In this document: piece after piece, positions 45,500 through 57,245 of the stretch
Layout of the letters: the number at the start of each line of letters is the position of its first letter
How positions within the stretch are numbered: position 1 is the first letter of the stretch
Assembly (NCBI GenBank): GCA_951804945.1
Contig: OX638153.1
Location: forward strand, 73,718,001-73,782,000
DNA: 64,000 bases
Direction of reading: 5' to 3'
Source of the DNA: Podarcis cretensis
Lineage: Eukaryota
The notes under the pieces: model-generated
Seen by the model: only the letters and a program-made list of their open reading frames with translations
Database searches by the model: none
Told to the model about the DNA's origin: nothing
Translations under genes and position numbers: made by a program

Positions 45500-45745
45500 C
45501 ACTGCCCCTGGACTCATTGGCAGGGTTTGAGTAAACAATCACAAGAGTATACAACAAAAAATAAGACTATGTATTGGGGAAATTTTGGGGAAACAATATG
45601 CAGGGTGAACAATATGGAAATAAAACAAAACGGAGTATGAGGGAAGTCCAGGGGAGGAGGGTGGAAATATGAAAAATTGTTAGATATATATTGTTAGAAG
45701 ATGTATACATGGAGAAATCAATAACAATTTTTTTTTAAAAAAAAG
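45500..45745 (+). mobile_element. L1-like LINE 3' end
   Basis: Short ORF end ...DSLAGFE*, a purine-rich 3'UTR containing GGAAGTCCA (also in 34806-35203 on the minus strand), and an AATAAC...A-rich tail. No clear TSD. Confidence 0.45.
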
Positions 45746-45751
45746 GAGGAC

Positions 45752-46110
45752 CAGAGCTGGCCCAGCCATCAGGCAGGGTGAGGCTGCTGCCTCAGGCAGC
45801 ACCCCTACAAGTGCCCTGCCTGTGCTGCCTCCTTCGCCAGTGGCAGAGAAGTGCCACTGCCAGCAGTACTGATTTTGGGTATGATCATGACCATTTTGGG
45901 TGAGATCAGCGCAAATCAGCACAATCTTGTTGGCACTAAGGGCGGTGGTGCTTCACCAGCAGCAGCAGATGCAGCAGAGAATGTGGCGGTGTCAGAGCAG
46001 ACAGTGGCAGTGGAAGCTGCAGGGGCAGGTATGTTGGTGGTGGGAACAGGGGAAGTGGCAGGGCATGGCGGCACTTCGTTTCACCTCAAGCAGTGAAATG
46101 TGCCGTGTCA
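45752..46110. mobile_element. Old GC-rich non-autonomous DNA-transposon-like element
   Basis: Starts CAGAGCTGGCCCAGCCATCAGGCAGGGTGAGGCTGCTGCCTCAGGCAGC. Loosely similar relics occur at about 11275-11835, 28300-28560 and 58170-58460. Confidence 0.35.
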
Positions 46111-49100
46111 CTCCTGAGAAGGACAACACAAAAAGCATGTTCATTTTGTGCATATTCTCACCAAGCATAATAAAAAAGAAACACAAGAAAGTTGGCGTTT
46201 TGTTTTGTTTTTTGTTATTGTATTCTTTCCCACTCCATTTTTGGAAGCCATTAGACACCTCAGGTAAAGATATGTAGTTGGCTGGCACTCTCTAAATATT
46301 TGATATCCATATTATTCTAGCACTAAAACGCAAGTGTAGACTTCATTCACTTATGAAAGATATCACACTTGATGTTTTGCATCATATATGCACACACTGA
46401 GAAATCCTTCAGCTGTCTTTCCGTGTGTATGAACAGCAAATTTAATTAAAAAATCAATTTACAAAAGAAACCAGCCCAATCTAGATCTAAAGAACAACAG
46501 TGAGAGTGCCCTTGTTTCCTGCTTGTGAGCATTCCATAAGCATCTCTTTCACCACTGTGGCAAAAACAGGAAGTTAGACCAGATGGACTTTTGTGTTTTT
46601 ATGTACTATCCTACCAGGAACTTGTAATGCAATCACAACATATTTCACTTTTCAGATTCTGGAGATTAGTCGTAAGATTTAAACTAATTCCAAATAATCC
46701 CTATCTTAAAATTAAGCCCCAAAGAAGTAATATAGAGAGGTTGTAGTGTTTCATTTTAGAAGTTGTCATGGTAAAAGTTGAAAGATTTAAGGCCAGTCAA
46801 GAACATGTAGTCCTCAGTAGACAAGCAAATTCTTTAGCATTAGACTGAACCATGCAGGCATAGATTTTTCCTCAGTGTAGCCTAAGAGGCAGAAATGAAG
46901 GGAAACACCTGATGTAAAAATATATTTGTACATGAACACTTGTACTGCAATAAGTATTTTAATGTATCAAATGGGGTTTTTTTTGGGGGGGGGGTAATAT
47001 GGGTACTCTTCCAGAACCTTTATGAATTCTTTCAATTTCTGCTGCCTATTTCATAGAGCTGTAACCATAAATACTAGATATATACCTCCAAACATCAGGT
47101 CCAGGTCAATGTTCATAAACATCAACATGTTCCTTTGAAAAATAAGAACAAAAGAATTATGAAGTATTGCTAAAAGGCATACACTGACTGCAAGTACTTT
47201 TGACCTTTAGGTTTAGCAGAGATCTGAACAGCAGTGACTTGACCCAGCTTCAGTATAAGCAAATATGTTTAGAATGCACAGTTAAAAACTAGTTCCACAA
47301 CTGCAAGGAAATGCTTATCCTAAAGCCATTTAGCTGCAGAGGTTCAAATCCTGCCCTGCTTAGGATACTAAGGAACGTAAGGCTCCAGTGAGTTGCTCAA
47401 CATTTGGAATAGTTCCCTTTGCTTGTGTTTGTCATTAGGAGCTGGAAACATTCTCATTTCCATCTGCTTAACAGATGCTCAGATCAGCATCTTGCAAGAC
47501 AACATTTCATACCAAAACATTTTCAAAATAGCAGGCATCTAAGTCAGTAAAAGTTTGGGAAGGCTACAAGTTGGAAGAAAAATATATCAGACTGTGCAGG
47601 GAAAAAAGCTTGAAGAAAACTGGATAACATATGGGGTTTCTTTTTCAACTGCATTCTTTCAAATATTCCTGCTTCACATCAATCATTATCCAGGCATTAT
47701 CCAGGCAATTGAAACGCTTGCAGGCTGTTATGCTGATATATTCTACAACCTCAGAGAATATGCAGCCATATGACCTGTCATATTCTTACACATGTTTTAA
47801 TTATTTGAACATAGAAAAGAAAACTAAACTTCTGCACTTTGCATTTTGATGTAACTATAACCCAGCCTCTGCCAATCTGGTTTCTTCCAGATGTTTTGGA
47901 CTACTACTCCAATAAGCCCCAGCCAGTGTTGCTGGGAGGAGATCAAAATCTTTCATTTCCAATTTCAGTTCACCACAGTTTAGTGTTGCACCCAAACTTA
48001 AACAGTGGTTTTTTTTTTAAACTATGGTTAGATGGCTTGTTGGTTGAAACAAATCAAGTTGTCTATAGCATGAAGCTGGTTTGTTCCAACTAACCTTACT
48101 TAACACAAATCACAGTTTGCTTAGGTTCAGACATAATGCTAAGCTGTAGTTAGTCTGAAACAGAAACGAAAACATTCAGAACTCTCCTCCCACTCATGCG
48201 GGGGATGGGTGAAGCGAAGCACCTGAATCTTTCCTAGATATATTTCCATAATGATATACCATTGACTCTTTCTTCCCATCCTGACAAAACTGCTTAACTC
48301 TAACGTGGCTTGTGTAGACATAACAGACAGTCAGTCTCTTAACAATGATTTAATTTTTTTTTTAAAAAAAGAAAATATTTAAAAGATGACAACTGAGCTA
48401 CATAATTGCATGTTCATATTAATTCAGCCCTCCATCTGCAAATTTCAGTTAAGCACTACATTGGTATCACAGTTAACTGATGTTAAGGGCAATCGGAGTT
48501 TCTTCTTAGCCCAGGATTTGAAATGATCCCATTTCCCAGTCCCAGCCTCTTAATCACTGTTAAGGAATGACATTATGCCTGCAGCAGTCCATCATCTCAC
48601 TGAGAATGAACATTATGCTTGAATACTTTGTAGTAATCTCACTGCAGAGCTGAAAAGATTCTTTCCTGTTTTTTCACCTTTTAAGTACATCACAAAATGC
48701 TTTGAGCCTCATAGGTTCAAGCCCAGCTTGTTGTACATCACACAATTCAATATATCGAAGGTTGCCCGTCTTGCCCTCCTGGCTTGACTGACGGCTGATT
48801 GTTTTCAAGCAATTTAAAGAGCAAGAGCAGAACACAGAATGCTCTTACTATGTTATGTTCATTTTATAGAGCACTTGCATAAAATTATTGATTTGTAACC
48901 TTTCAGAAATACCAAACTGGCATGAGTGTGGTACGTAGTGGTCATGTGTGTGGTATGTAGTGGCCACATGGATAACTTTTCACTGCCAACACATGACATC
49001 ATGAGAGGCATGCAGAGAAGACTCAAATTCCCAGTCTATTTTGAAATACAAAACTGCAGGCTTTGCTTGCAAATGGCAACAGGGAGGATACAAACTTTAG

Positions 49101-49651
49101 TTATTTCTACCCAAAAGCACAGAATTTTGAAGGGAATGAAAAAACAGAACTTTGAAAACTATCCTCTTTAATGTGTATGTAGAGCAATAGGAAATATGTG
49201 TTCCAATAGGTAGAGTGAACTTGCAGAGAGGAACAGACAGCTGCCGTCCAGCTGCTATAGATAGTCGTTCAGGGTGCCTCAAGTACATATTTCTTAAAAA
49301 TGTTTTCCAAAATATTCCAAGAAGAAAAGGCTGGGAGTACTGAAACTAAACAAAGGTTTCACATCTACCTTATAGCAAAACTGGCCAGAGTTCTTTTTCC
49401 CGCAGTAAATTATAGGTTCTCTTTTTACATAAAAACACAGATATAACAAAGTTATTCTGATCCCCTCAGGACAGTCTCCCTGCCCAAGTCTGCATTTTTG
49501 GAAAATATTCTGGAAAACAGTTTTTCTGAAACCATTCCTAAGTTCTGACAATGCTGGCAGGGGGGAAATATTCAGTTTAACCCCCTCCCCCAAGCTATTC
49601 CATTTCTCACCCTATAGATAATATAAAATTGCTAGTACCTAGGAAAATACT

Positions 49652-49717
49652 CTTCGTCCATGGGGTCACAAAGAGTAGGACACGACGAAACGACTAAACA
49701 ACAACAACAACAACAAC
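49652..49717 (+). mobile_element. Extremely 5'-truncated Bov-B insertion (66 bp)
   Basis: GTCCATGGGGTCACAAAGAGT.GGACAC.AC.AAACGACTAAA(CAA)n matches the 3' end of the Bov-B at 32285. Perfect 11-bp TSD AGGAAAATACT (49641-49651, 49718-49728). Confidence 0.92.
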
Positions 49718-50829
49718 AGGAAAATACTGTCAGAAACTCTCAAAATGTTCCAGTAGTCTAATTTATGGTGTTTGTAGGGTTATCTATCAGGTATTTGAGC
49801 AGTGTTAGAGAAGACAAACAACATTGTTCTTATGCTGCATGGGGTGATTGGGAGTAGAATCATTGTAATCAGCTCCCCACCCCCCAAAAAGCTGCTGATT
49901 TAATCAAAATTCTATACAATGGGGAAGTCGGCTGTTACACCAAATCAAGTGGTAAATGCATGGAACAACAAGTGGTGTTGTGGTTTTATATTTCCTATTT
50001 CTCATTCATGGTCTGCATGCTATCACAATGGGCTGAACTCTTGAGTGAAATCTGACAAACTTGTTTCAGCAAGAATGGAAAGAGGAACTGCTAAACTTCA
50101 GCCCATGCCACCAAATTACAAAGCAGATTGCAATCCCAAGCCACTATCAGCCAGCACTTGTTCCCCATTTAAGTAGGACGAAAAAAGGAGAGACAGAGAA
50201 CTAGTTTGATTAGCCTAAGCATATTCTGAAGGAAGTCTGCTGTCACGTACAGACAGAGGGACCTAGAGAAAATCCTCAGCATTGATGTTACTTCCTAATG
50301 TTTTACAGCAATCCCCTGAGCCAGTGGCAAGCACATTCTCCTTATTAGCTGACTCCTACTACTTCCCTGCTTTGTGCCAACAGAATTCCTCCCTTGCCCA
50401 TGGTTCAGTTTCATTTTTGTTGAAAAAGCATGTTAGTGCATAGAATTAAGGACTTGTTTCCATGTTCTATTGCTTGCCTCTTTAGAATTTTGAAACAAGT
50501 GCTGAAGTTGATATTTGAACTCATGTCTCTAAACATCAATCTACAGCCAGGCATAACAAACCAGCATTGTTTTAAACTGTTTTCAATATTGTGTTTTAAT
50601 GTTGTGACCCACCGTGGAACCTGGTGAAGCGTAGGTAATAAACAAGCAAATAATACCTGTTTTCTTCATATACCTAGAAGCAAATGCATTGTCCACTTCT
50701 AGCAAGTCTCCAGACTGCACTGGAAACGAAAAGCATTATTACTTTGCCAAAAATTGCTCAAAGACACTAACATTCAAATTCTAAGATTGGCCCCTCTGTG
50801 ACATCAAAGTAGCCAAGCCCTCTAGATGT

Positions 50830-50945
50830 TGTGCCCTCTAGATGTTGACCACAATTCCCATCAGCCTCAGCAATCATGGCAAATGGTCAGGGATGATGGA
50901 AGTTGTAGTCTAACAATATATTGAGGGCAATATGTTGGCTACCCC
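50830..50945. mobile_element. Short palindromic MITE-like repeat (representative of an old family)
   Basis: GCCCTCTAGATGTTGACCACAATTCCCATCA...TGATGGAAGTTGTAGTC...GAGGGC is a foldback. Similar copies occur at about 29615-29680, 47865-47940, 57975-58060, 59960-60085, 62310-62430 and 62455-62580. Confidence 0.6.
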
Positions 50946-52167
50946 AAGCTAAGCCAATTCCTACTAAGATAACTCTGAACCCCCTGCACAAAAAACCTCC
51001 AGAATATGAAAAGAAGTGGTGTAATTAACAAACATGAATTTCAAAAAGGAATAATACAAAAAAAAATATCAGAACATGATGATCATGCAAGATGTATTTC
51101 CTGTTGTTGTGAAAGGTATTATAGCAGTTTACTGTTATACTTTATTTCAGAATTCTCACATTGCAGGGGGGAATAGGATACACATTTTCCTCTAATCATC
51201 GTTATCTAAAAATGCTAGCATTAATGTGTTGAAAGCTTCATGGTTTGTGGAAGTTGGCACAAAGTGTCACAGAATAATTCTCTATTCATTTTTATTAATG
51301 TTAAGTCTGGGTTTAACAACTCTCTAAAAATTCAGCGCTTCATAAAAAATGACAAACTGACATAAGAAAATGGCACACAGTTTCACTCTACAGTATTTCT
51401 GCTCAGCAAAGGAAGAAAGGAAACTGATAATATTGTCAAAATACTATGATTCCCAGAGAGAGAGAGAACGTGGAGTTTCCCTCAAGGCAAGAGTTTTGAG
51501 AAGTTACTAGTTCTGATTTTGTACCAATCCCACCAGCAAACATAGGAAACAATGACAATACTGGTAGTATTGTATTTTCAGGTAGACATATACATCCCTT
51601 GATGCACACCAGTCACAGAATATACAAGCAATGGCAAAACAATGCACAGGAAATGAAGCCTTCAAAGGGTAGCTATCCAGAAGTTGTCAGGAACTGATTT
51701 TGCTGCATTGACTTACTTCTGGGCATTTCCTAAAATGATGACTGAATTGTGCCAAACTGTGTTAAATTATGTATACACTGATGTCTGCCTGGGACAGAAT
51801 TGAAGTCATCTTTTCTATTTAGGACTTCAAACAGTCCTAGAAGCACAGCTTGGGGATGAAGAGAGAGAGAGAGAGAAAGGGCAGGTTCTGTGGTCTTCGA
51901 TTCTCTGTCAAGCTGCATTATGCTATAAAACTAACTGCATGGGTTATTTAATATTTTTAGTGATCTATGGTAAGCAAAAGATTTGCTCTCATCAGCTGCA
52001 TTCTAGCACTTCCAAGTAATTGAGAGCAAGTGCTTAATTAAATGAAATTCCATAAGATTTATGCTTTGCGGTATGAATGCTGAACTAATTTTATGGTGAT
52101 GAAGTTCCACTGATGTCAAAGTCAGCAATATATAAAATACCAATAGCATTGTATGTGTTACATAATT

Positions 52168-52420
52168 AGAAGAAGAAGAGGAGTTTGGATTTGATATCCC
52201 GCCTTTCACTCCCCTTCAGGAGTCTCAAAGCGGCTAACATTCTCCTTTCCCTTCCTCCCCCACAACAAACACTCTGTGAGGTGAGTGGGGCTGAGAGACT
52301 TCAAAGAAGTGTGACTGGCCCAAGGTCACCCAGCAGCTGCAGGTGGAGGAGCGGGGACACAAACCCAGTTCCCCAGATTACGAGACTACCGCTCTTAACC
52401 ACTACACCACACTGGCTCTC
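52168..52420 (-). mobile_element. Squam3-type SINE with (CTT)n tail
   Basis: Near-identical to 10125-10379. Confidence 0.88.
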
Positions 52421-52647
52421 CAATTATATGATATATTATACCTTAACCTAGAACATAACTTCTATGTTGGCTCAACCATGAGCAGACTGTTACAATGGTT
52501 TCTTATGCAAGTGGTTTCTTATACAAGAAGAGATCCAAGATATACAATGCTAGCACTAGGCATATCCTGAGAAAAACTGCATTAATCTCATCAGCGATTA
52601 TCACTGCTGAAAATCCCACGATACATCCACAAGGCTTACATACAAGG

Positions 52648-52700
52648 AGATGAACTAGATGACCCTTAGGGTCCCTTGCAACTCTACAATTCTATGATCC
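52648..52700 (+). mobile_element. CR1 LINE extreme 3' end
   Basis: GAACTAGATGACCCTTAGGGTCCCTTGCAACTCTACAATTCTATGAT, the CR1 3' stem plus the ATTCTRTG repeat. Confidence 0.75.
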
Positions 52701-54083
52701 TAATTACTGTTCTACTTGCCAAGTGGTATTTCTATGTTGACCGTTAATCACTGAATAAGTACCTGCAAAGTATTTTACAGATATTTTAGAAGACATTAGA
52801 AACAATAGACATGACATCATCTAAGATGTTAGCAGACAGACACAAGCAAATAGCTGGGTATTTTCCTCTGTGATCTCAAGCAAGATACATAGTTTACTAC
52901 ACCGTAACATATTCACAGGATAATAATGGTACTCTGTCACTAGCTAATCACATCTGAAAACGCCTTTCTCTTTTGTTTGATCCTTGTGTTCTTAAAAAAC
53001 TGAAACTCATTATTCATCACTTCAATACGTTGGGCAAAATCTAGATTTAAATAAAAACTGGATGGCTTCTTATCTGAGAAGGCAGGTATACAGTTATTCA
53101 ATGAAAATGTTTCAACAACATAGACATCTGACAACAGATGTGCCACTAACACTGAGTTTATACATTATTGAATTCTTTAACATCCAAACAAGAGCCAGTC
53201 TATGCCTTTTCAGTTCCAAATACAGACCCTGGCTAAGGAATGCTTTCCTGGCCTTGACAGCATGCTTACTGATCATACCCCAAACCTAAGAACTATAGCA
53301 ATTATCAAATGCTACTGAGATGGCATGCTCCATTAATCTCAAGAACAGTGCAACATTTAGGGATACCCATTACCATAAATGTTAAAAACTCTGCGGGTGA
53401 ATAAATAAGAACTAGATAATTAAGCAAGCTTGTTATCACATTTATTACCCCAGTTAGTTTAGCCTACTAGCAGTTCCACAATCAATGAAGGAATATATCT
53501 CAAACAAGAAACACAGGTCACAAGGTCAGACTATACATCTATCTAGCACTGCACAGTATTCTGTACTATGAATGGTAGCTCTCCTGGGTTTGCAGTACAG
53601 TGAGGTATTCCATATTAGCTGCACCCTAATCCTTGAAGCTGCTAATGCAAGAGACTGAACCTGGGCCCTTTAAAAAAAAAAAAAAACCAAAACACTTAAT
53701 TACTGAAGTAATGAGCTATGTCTCTCCCCAAACACTTACAATACTATTAACTGAATCTAGGGCCACTAAAAACCCCTGGGTGTGTACTAGCCCTTAGGTC
53801 AACAAAATCCCAAACCTTTCTCTTTTGAGGTTTCCCATAGTTTTGGAATCTTGTGGGTAAGAAAAACGTAGAAGGAACACAGCTGTTACAGGAAGAGAAC
53901 CAATAAACCCTGCTGTGTAAATCCAGTACAGTGGGATTGCAACTTATGCAAGGGTTATGTGCCAGAGGATAGTGTATAAAGCCAAAATTGTTTTAACTTT
54001 GGAATTGCCCCCATGTGACCATCCCTACCTTTCCAAAGCCAGTGTGTCAAGCAGGCCTTGGCCTCTGCCCCAACACACATGGT

Positions 54084-54330
54084 GGAGAGCTTTTAAGCTT
54101 TTTGTCTTGCTTACTGGGCTCTGGAAGGCTCTCACAAGATCTCATGGGATCCTCCCAGAGTTAGAGCCTGGTAAGCAAGATTGAGAGCTTAAAAGTGCTT
54201 TCCACACCAGGAAAGAGCTTTTAAGCTCTGCGCCTTGCATGGGTTTAACTTCTGTGATATCAGCTGGTCAGCTGCCAAGCACATAAAGCTGCAGTCATGC
54301 AAGTTAAATGTGTGCGCGTTGCAAGGCGAC
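54084..54330. repeat. Chain of inverted repeats (foldback array)
   Basis: 54105-54122 / 54163-54180 (16/18), 54184-54203 / 54210-54229 (18/20) and 54231-54239 / 54320-54328 (9/9). Confidence 0.75.
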
Positions 54331-57231
54331 TGTATTTATACACAACTCTTTGTCCACATATTTACTGCTCCCATAAACAGGCACAAGTGCTGCTGAAGGC
54401 AATCAATTCATATGACATTTATGTGCTTTAACAGATGATTCACCTTTCTCGTTTTTCAAGAATTAGAATTTCATTAATGCCACTTGAATTGTCTCACAAT
54501 CACGGGGCAAATATGATATGCTCATCACTGCACACTTTGGCCAAAACTCAAAAACAGGCAATGCAGGACCATGGGAAATTGGAAACTCACCAAGGCTATT
54601 CCCACCAAGCAAAGCCTCACCCTGCTCTTGTGCAGCAGCTCACTTGTGGACATGTCATTCCAGAAAAGCAAAGGGAAGCTTTTCTAGGAGGGAAAGTCTT
54701 AGCAAGTTAGATTCAGTTCTCAGGCCCTACGTCCTCGGCCCAAACTGTCAAAACTGCTGTAACTCATCAAAAATAGCTCGGTCCCATCAAGAGGTAGCTC
54801 CAGTTATGTGAAAAGCATGTGAACACATTCACCTTCACTCTACAATTATGCTGGTATGCTGAGAAATGAGAAAAAGAAGGGCTGTCAGTCTGTTGGGGAT
54901 TACTACCTCGTGTAAGGTAAGAACTTGAAAGCTGACTTGGTGGACACACCAGAAGACATGGAACCTAAAAAGCCAGGGAGTCCAGAAGCAAAGTAGCTTA
55001 ATGGGTGAGAACAGAGTTGACAGTAAACAGCAGTCTCCCACCCACAGGCCCCCTTGGCTCACAAGACCATTTTCCCCAATCCATGCCCACCTGAACCATC
55101 CCTGATGACATATGTGATATCAGGTGATTGGCAGGTAAAGACTTAGTTACAAAGGAACAATCAGGAGCTTAAAGTGCAAGACCTGCTGCCAGGACCCTAC
55201 AGCTGCCAGGACCCTACTCACTGCCAGAAAGCCCCACTGAGATCAGCTGAACTAACTCCCTAGTACACTCAATGAGACTCATTCTGTTGGTGCTTAGAGT
55301 GAGCCCTTTGAAGACCTGCTGTTAACACCAATCAGTTTATCAGCACTAAGAGTGAGACCTTTTGAGATTGCCCCATCCACCAGTCATGGTTTGCCCAACA
55401 TCTGGCCTGCTGCTTGGATCCAGTGCCTCGCCCATGAGATATAGGAACTTAATCCATGGGCAATTAAAAAAAAACTGAGACTAGAGGAAAAGACCCTGGC
55501 ATTGAGGGCTAGGGACCTAAGGGGTTCAGGGTTGCCTTTCAAGACTCTGGACCTTTCTTGGTCTTTATGAGTTGCATATAAAGAAGAATTCTGCAAGGAA
55601 CAGTGTAATTTGGAAAAGCTAAGCAGGCAGTGGGGTGGTATAATATGCTGAATTTCACATATTGATTTGAACTAGCCAGCTACAGACTTCCTTTCACAAT
55701 ATTAAGAGCTATAAAAATAAGGAATTATTGGAGGGTTAACTTTATTACCCCTTTTAATTAATGTTAGTTGATCTAAGAGTCCCAGGGCTAAACAACAGGG
55801 TAAGAACTCTGCTGAGTAGTGAGATGTTTGCACCCCAAATCAACTTATTGAAAATCCCCCAAACTCTCCAAGTAGTCTAGCTTAATACTATAAGTGTAAT
55901 GGCTGCACAGCCCCCCTCCCCTTCTCCAAAGAAGAAATAAAAACAACTTTAGGTGGAGGTTCCCAGTGGAGGCCCATCAGGCCTCTCCAGAGGAAATGAT
56001 GTTCCGTGATCACCACTGCTCTTATGAATAATTTCCTGCCACAGAATAAGCTCACTGGGCCTATCTCCTCTCTGTTGGTTTCTGCTTCCTTCACTGTGCA
56101 GCAAAATGCTTGTCACAAGACAATGTTTACATTCCAGTCAGAGTTGCTGTTGGAGTTTCTCACGGGAAAGGAGACTGGATGTGACGTACACTGGTTTCCT
56201 GTTTTTCACTGTTCTCACAGTTCTCTCCGTGCTTTAGAGGAGAGAGGATGCTTTCTCTGCTCCGGCAGAGGCAAGATGTTTTTCTGTAATCTACCAGCTT
56301 TGAAGTGTAAATAAAGTAATATAGAGTATGTGGCACGTACTCCTCATCATTCCGCTGTGCTTGGGACACTGCAAATTCAACACTCTCTGCTGGAGCCCTC
56401 CATCAGTCGCCACTTCTCCTAACAGATAAGGCTGGTTTTTCCTAGGGAAAGCAATAGACTGTGGTATACGGAAGGTTGGATGTGAACAGAATTAAGACAC
56501 TATGCCCACCTTGAGTCTGTGTACTGCAGTTCAAACAGGGTTGATCCCATAACTGAGTGGCCCTGCACTCGATGTTTGCCCCCATCCTTAATGGAAACTT
56601 TTTTTTTTTTAATGTTGGAATTCAAAGATGCATATAAACCTGCAATGCTTATCTACAGCAGGGATTTTCCTCCCTTTTCTCCCCTCATGTCCCCCCCCCC
56701 CAACTGGTTTGAGTGGGGATTAGGAGAACCTGCAGAATAGTACATGGGGCAAGGAAGGGAGATCATTCTGTCTAGCAAGCTGTTATGCTTGTGCAGATGG
56801 AACATTTGTAATAGTGTGATGTTGAATTCCACCCTATGGAACTAATTTCAGCTGTTCCCATTTCAGGAGTTTCAATTCTAGTACGAGGTACTAGCAACTG
56901 TAATCAGCTGCTGATTACTCACTCTCAGACTTGCCTTGGTCCAAAATCATTCCCATTCTCATCTATAAAATGAAGAGTATCAATGCACCTTATATAATAT
57001 ATAACACCATTTTGGGGGGGGGAAGCATTTCATTCAGTTGTAACAGAAAGAATAATACATATACACTATTTTATTTTATTTTATTTTATTTCACAAGGGG
57101 TTCTTAATATGTTAGATGTGATTCAAGAGTTAGAAATAAAGAGCTCTTCCATCTACTGTAGCCAAATCAAGTCAAAGATCCAGTGTCTGCACTAATTATC
57201 ACAAAGAGCCAACTGGCTGTTGGATAGACAA

Positions 57232-57245
57232 GTAACCATAGCAAC
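57232..57245. promoter_or_regulatory. RFX X-box consensus match
   Basis: GTAACCATAGCAAC fits GTNRCC-N2-RGYAAC in a repeat-poor stretch. Function is unverified. Confidence 0.4.
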
